Source: Nemertoderma westbladi
Lineage: Eukaryota; Animalia; Xenacoelomorpha
Assembly: GCA_032718475.1 (NCBI GenBank)
Contig: JAUCBJ010007264.1
Location: 31,183 to 95,182 of the forward strand
Length of the DNA: 64,000 bases
Reading direction: 5' to 3'
Within the stretch, counting starts at the first letter, position 1. Every line of letters begins with the position of its first letter. The translations under genes were made by a program, and so were the position numbers. This document shows positions 61,701-64,000 of the stretch, piece after piece. Below the pieces are notes generated by a model. It worked only from the letters and a program-made list of their open reading frames with translations. It had not been told where the DNA came from and did no database searches.

Positions 61701-63306
61701 ACTGAATGGTGACGGTCCTACAACTGACAAACCTGACACCTTGATTTTTGGTATTAATTGGAATATTAATGCAGACACCTTAGGTTTTCCAACCCGCAAA
61801 ATTGACGTTCCTGACATTGACAAACTGACAAAACGCCATGTTGTTAGTTCTGCTCCAAAGATATATGATCCCTATGGGTGGTTAGTTCCGGTTACTATTC
61901 GTTCTAAAATGCTAATTCAAGAACTCTGGAAATTAAATTTGAAATGGGATGACGTGATTCCTAGTAATCTGGCTCGTGATTGGTCAAAATTAGTTTGTGA
62001 TTTGAATCTATTATCCGCCTTCTCCATGCCTAGAATGTTGCCACTATCAGACGAAACTGATTTTCATTGCTTTTGTGATGCATCAACTAAGGCTTATGGT
62101 GCCGTTGTTTACATGGTTAACAGCAATGGTTCTGCTTTAGTAACAGCCAAGGCACGTGTTACTCCGGTTAAGAGTGTTGAACGTTTAGCCAGTGGCAGCC
62201 TCACTTTGCCGCAGTTGGAATTGACTGCCATTTTAGTTGGAGCTAGACTATTAACTTACGTTTCTAATATTTATTACAAGGAATTTTTATGCGGTTGTCT
62301 TTTTTTATGGTCTGACAGCACTATTGCTCTATGTTGGTTACAGTCAATCAAACTGGATAAACCGTATGTACGTAATCGAGTTTCAGAAATTCGAGAATTA
62401 CTACCTACTACTACATTCAAACATGTGGGTACGAATGACAATCCAAGTGATCTTTTAACAAGGGGTATCAATTATTCCAAGTTTATTATTTCTGATTTGT
62501 GGAAATATGGCCCAGATTGGTTACCAGATTGTACCCGTTGGCCAAATTCCGTGGTAATAGCTTCTGTTGCTAGTAACCTTATTGATGCTGAGAAGAACGA
62601 CAACGATAAGATTACCAGCATTCTTGGAGATGGAGAAAGGAATGTTATTACCGATGTCTTAAACCCAGCCGATTATAGCGACTACAGTCGTTTATTACGA
62701 GTATCTGCCTGGATTCTGAGATTCGTCCGTAACCTCAAATGTCACAGTAGCTTTTATTGTAATATTGCTCCTGTTCTCGGTGTTAATGACATTAAGGCAG
62801 CCGAAACTTATTGGGTACATAGAATCCAACGTGAGACTTTCACTGAAGTCTTGGATTTCCTTACGACAAAGGGAAATAAGCCCATGGTTTGTAGACGAAC
62901 ACCAGTGCTTGTAAAACAACTACAACTTTTCTTAGATGACACTAATATAATTCGTAGTAAGGGTCGCATTGATTACGCTGATTTAAATTGGAACACGAAA
63001 TTTCCAATTTTGTTGCCTTCTAAACATAGGATTACCGACTTAATCATCTTGGATTTCCATTATCGTCACATGCATGTGGGAGCTTCTCAGACTATCATGC
63101 ATATTAGACAAAACTGGTGGATTCCTCGTATCAGACAGAGAGTAAACTCCTTAGTCCGTAGTTGTAAAAATTGCATTCGTGTTCAAGGACCGTCTTATTC
63201 ATCAGTTCCCATTCCTCCCTTACCTGCCTATCGTGTCCAGGTGTCTCGGCCCTTCATCACAACTGGTGTTGATTATACAGGTGTTCGCGCTTTCGAAGAC
63301 CTTTAG
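58714..63306 (+). CDS. gag-pol: Element D gag-pol, open for ~1520 codons and truncated at the first integrase catalytic Asp
   Basis: KLPVFSGNPVDW, CFLC/CTNC/CFVC..HHTVLH, ALFDQGSQ, RIVYDCS, SDIEKAY, YVDN, CFCDAS, H..H..CKNC, GVDYTG. The last residues derive from the inserted LTR. Confidence 0.95.
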   Translation: MDMDADTLRHLKNKRRGHKSVASRLMTQLDGLIYVDAATREFVTDPDVDTIRDVIEALRVQQSKLNDVNEEIYSHIVEADVIAADIETNSKDDMRISSTIRRCEKFIRVREDNNRFNSGDYHGQFDDMGQPQHPHNHNTSGASSTNPHKTQKLPVLKLPVFSGNPVDWTNFWDRFNDAVHSRSDLAGATKFSYLEGQLSGDAARLVDNFQRSNEDYEEAVQLLRESFGKPQLIMRSRLHLLLDLESPGASSRELAAFRAMYEAQIRGIRNLGGNVEEAGYVYSEILLRKLPAKIRDNINRAARTSYWTLDELRKALQEEIEQLTSLESQPTISSKGKGGWVDKKRFSPEDVRGGTAGSFSVSSPSSKTFTNRPIGPIKCFLCKGEHSVRFCDIYKTPDKKAQRVNELKLCTNCLKPEHSNLSKCSTQNCFVCNSRHHTVLHGSTLLQSQASSSRDTNRQPTASSGSKGSVASVSFSTLVTDNHSMLLSTAVVPVISDNNRRTYKLRALFDQGSQRTLLLRQAAESLHLPIVERIWIGIDGINSDGLCQWYDVVSFNVETSDGFVETNAILVDRLPRLSTPGRSAIVDRFTLQGFSLADPCRGDSISNICLLIGSDQYFNFVYNDNVINDVNVLPSNLGNIIVGNVHSGKISDTRIQNNVISVMHIGISVNHNFEYCNVKPSELCLQCNDVSVCLERLWSLDEIGINMNATNFDHETAILEFNNSIEYSDGMYITRLPWLQNHAHLSLNYGLCRKRLESTLNKLRRNPDFLTCYNNLVNEQLTRNFIELVPVDDIFVSNGITRSGNLVHYIPHHGVEKPQSATTPLRIVYDCSSGSGKNNVSLNDCLLTGPPTNQILYDLLLRFRIHNFCAISDIEKAYFQIGLAEIDRDVTRFLWPKDPFDLNSPILTYRFKVVLFGANCSQFLLNSTIQHHLKQCNAPIAKIILQNMYVDNLQDTEVSEDRLIDFYIQSRAILREGGFPLRQWFTNSPKLSNIIRLNGDGPTTDKPDTLIFGINWNINADTLGFPTRKIDVPDIDKLTKRHVVSSAPKIYDPYGWLVPVTIRSKMLIQELWKLNLKWDDVIPSNLARDWSKLVCDLNLLSAFSMPRMLPLSDETDFHCFCDASTKAYGAVVYMVNSNGSALVTAKARVTPVKSVERLASGSLTLPQLELTAILVGARLLTYVSNIYYKEFLCGCLFLWSDSTIALCWLQSIKLDKPYVRNRVSEIRELLPTTTFKHVGTNDNPSDLLTRGINYSKFIISDLWKYGPDWLPDCTRWPNSVVIASVASNLIDAEKNDNDKITSILGDGERNVITDVLNPADYSDYSRLLRVSAWILRFVRNLKCHSSFYCNIAPVLGVNDIKAAETYWVHRIQRETFTEVLDFLTTKGNKPMVCRRTPVLVKQLQLFLDDTNIIRSKGRIDYADLNWNTKFPILLPSKHRITDLIILDFHYRHMHVGASQTIMHIRQNWWIPRIRQRVNSLVRSCKNCIRVQGPSYSSVPIPPLPAYRVQVSRPFITTGVDYTGVRAFEDL

Positions 63307-64000
63307 CAGTTTAACCTGCCAAAATTTATATGTCTTTTCGTTAATTAAAACCACTTTAGCATACGACAATAATTTATGCTAATACGCAAAACATTAGCCG
63401 AAGTCAGCCCATGCGCGATCATTCACCCGATGGATCTACACCCGGGAGACTGAATTCGGATGCTTGAATTGTATTATTACAGTGTAAGGTTGCAGTGTAT
63501 ACCTAATGTATTATTCGATAGATCGTTAATAATTAATCTCTGACAGATATTATTGGCTTTCGGGAAATATTAACAGTTCCTTTAGGACGTGGCGCTTTAT
63601 CTATTTAAACAGAACTAAGACTTATACTAAACGCAACGATACTGCTTGGGATTGAAGTATAAAGCGTATTCTTTAGGAAATACTTTGTTACCAATCACAA
63701 TCATACACACTATTCTGCCGACAGTCAGTACATTTGATCACACATAAAGAGAGCAGTAATTGACTCACGTAGGGTCTGCTAAATAACATTGGATTCAATA
63801 CACACCACATTAATATAAATCGCAATTGTTATGTATAGCCGGTCTCTCTAACCTGTAGTGTTATCAAGAAAATTGGGAATTGGGTGATTTATCCGTATTA
63901 TCCAAATAGCAATATTTCCATCAACAAATATTTACAATTAATAACTGACGGTAAAATAACAGTACAAACAATATGATTAATGAGTTAGGTGATATTCGAT
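63282..64000 (-). repeat. C-family LTR (3' end), runs off the window
   Basis: TGTTCGCGCTTTC..GACCTTTAGCAGTTTAACCTGCCAAA, same terminus as 40053 and 20240. Confidence 0.92.

Larger units (their letters stand above)
58243..63281 (+). mobile_element. Bel/Pao LTR retrotransposon D (short-LTR, YVDN type), interrupted in integrase by a C-family LTR
   Basis: LTR, PBS, and an uninterrupted gag-pol up to GVDYTG. Confidence 0.92.

Overview
Eukaryotic (invertebrate animal-like, spliceosomal introns, standard code) transposon nest. It holds four Bel/Pao LTR retrotransposons: A (+, 1-~8200), B (+, ~8250-14938), C (-, 40053-56807) and D (+, 58243-63281). Two more LTR pieces of the C family lie at 19222-21900 and 63282-end. 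There are also RTE, CR1-like, RTEX/L2-like and Penelope fragments, two MITEs, and a ~5-6.5 kb segmental duplication. Host genes: intronless RPAIN, a secreted PAN/Apple-domain gene, and two copies of a two-exon, 8-Cys secreted peptide gene whose mature region is diverging quickly. Main discovery: the divergent elements A and C each carry, downstream of pol in the env position, a ~1230-1330-codon non-env ORF. It encodes a CxxC..CxxH zinc-finger-like domain, a DnaQ/DEDDy-type 3'-5' exonuclease (ExoIII YxxxE) and three CCHC knuckles. B carries a knuckle-only remnant. A also has four dispersed copies of one RNA stem-loop, and the C-family LTR shows no canonical tRNA primer-binding site. All calls come from reading motifs by eye; no database search was run.
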